Below are positions 62,149-64,000 of a stretch of 64,000 nt of DNA, in pieces. The translations under genes were made by a program, and so were the position numbers. A model generated the notes under the pieces. The model saw nothing but the letters and a program-made list of their open reading frames with translations, was not told the DNA's origin and did no database searches. This stretch comes from Callorhinchus milii (Eukaryota). Each line of letters starts with the position of its first letter. Position 1 is the stretch's first letter. The stretch spans positions 111,416,001 to 111,480,000 of the forward strand of contig NW_024704743.1 in assembly GCF_018977255.1 (NCBI RefSeq), written 5' to 3'.

Positions 62149-64000
62149 CCAATATATAGAGATATCTTCAGGACGAATCAAAAGTCCTTACTCATATCCC
62201 TATATGAGATGCTCAAACTGCAGGCCACGTAGACATTTACATGCATTAAACTTGGTGACAAAAACTTTCACGAAGGAGATGAAAGATAAATCTCTCGTAA
62301 TAACTGCACACTCTGTACCAATGTTGTTTTAAAAAAAATGTAACTAACAATTAAAAACTCTATGAGTTAGGACTTCTGATTCACCCTTTATATTCCCTGT
62401 CCCGCAGCGCTTGAATTATTTTATCCCATGCTTAAGGCCTTGTGTCCAACACTACCTCTTCCCCCGAGTCCCCCAACAAGGGATTTAGGCAGACCGGCTT
62501 CTATGTATCTCTAAGTGCCACTCTTCACTGGTGCATGAGGGGATTTAGGCTATATCAGTCCACGATTTCCCATTTAAGAAAACTCACCATGTGTGTCACT
62601 GAAAGACTAGAACAGAAATCACAGCAAAGAGTACATTGGAGTACATTTGGTCTTTTGCATTATTCTTCTAGTCCAGAGCCCAAATTGACCATCTTCAGCT
62701 GTTATTAAGTGCAAGTTATCAAGCACTCCAGTGTAATGCTGGGCGAGGGCTGCATTGTTGGTGATGCCGTTAGCTCATCTTTTCAAATCACCATCCTAAA
62801 GACCTCCCATCACAGCATCAGGGGGCTTTTTAAATGAAAACCTTGTGATGAGACGTTTTGTTTTCTATTATTGTAACATATTGGAGAACAAAGCAAAGCA
62901 CCTCTTTAAATATCTGATGGAGATTATATTATGCATCGTCTGAAAAACTTGCTTTCCGCTGATGAAGGCAACGTTTCATTGCCTCATCATACATTCAGGA
63001 ACACACTTCAGACATCTTTACCAAGCTCGACTTTCAGTGAAATGGATAAGCTGCCACAGGAAAACCCTGAAGATGCGACATTTAACCCCTTGGTGTTTCT
63101 TAAATGCGTTTATATTTTGTCATATTCTACCCGTGTAGGTAGATTTAGGTGATTCGAGATTGCAGAGACACGTACATCAATAATTTCTCAATTCCTGATG
63201 TATTGAGTAAATTAAGGACAGCCTGTAATCTCGCTGTTTTAGTACCAAAAACACCACTGTCATTTTCAAAGGGTTATACCATCCTCTGGTCAAAATTCTG
63301 AGAGCTGTTTGACAATTCATCATGTGTGCTTCGGTCCATTATGCATTTTGCCAGCTTTGGGAGTTTTTTTTTCCTTGCACTGGCTTATTCTCCACCTCTT
63401 TCTGTGAATTTGTATAAAATTCAGAAATAATCGTACAATTATATTAATGTGTATGATGCTGTCATCTGTGCAGTTTCCAACCATTAAACAGGCAAAGACT
63501 AAACCTTTTCTTAATTCCCCTGGAGACTTAACATTGTAATAGTAAAAGAACCAAATAAGGCATTACATTGCAATGTTCACTGGCTACTCTGATCTTACAA
63601 ATTTATGACAGTTTAATGAGGTCAGATTAGCATTCAGCTCACAACCATGTCGGGTGGACAGTCGGTGATCAAAACAGCATTAGGTCTTCCTGTATTAACT
63701 GAAATATGTGGTAGGGCCCTTACATGATACAATGACATTTCGCAAATGTGTAACACTCCTTCCATTCCCGTGATATTAAAAAAATCCAAAATAAAACAAC
63801 GGAATATATTTTGGGAGAAGGACATGTCTATTGCTATGTCTCATTATGGATATAAGTGTCTACTATTTAGAGCATTAAACCAACTTCACAAAGTCTAGTT
63901 GAATGTATAATGGACGTGATAGATGCAGTTGTTCGCGCGCTGTACTGATTGTATGTTCATTGTCTTGGCTCAGGTAGATTCTATTTCAGACTCTCAAAGC

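Overview
Vertebrate nuclear DNA, AT-rich and repeat-dense. The repeat set (Deu-domain SINEs with an L2-type tail, L2, CR1) points to a cartilaginous fish, possibly a chimaera; this is inference. The only host coding sequence I can support is the terminal coding exon of a SERINC1/2/3-type serine incorporator gene (1998-2172, +), with a probable ~2 kb 3' UTR. The remaining ~60 kb looks intergenic. It contains many SINE copies of two head types sharing one 3' module, L2 and CR1 LINE fragments, a decayed Penelope-like element (RT plus GIY-YIG) split by a CR1 that is itself split by a SINE, five remnants of a LINE family with a C-terminal CCHC motif (RTE-X-like), an RTE-like 3' end, palindromic MITE-like elements, mini/microsatellites and several repeat-free blocks that resemble conserved non-coding elements. 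No prokaryotic features, CRISPR arrays, rRNA or true tRNA genes were seen. Repeat boundaries are approximate and family names come from motif recall, not database searches.
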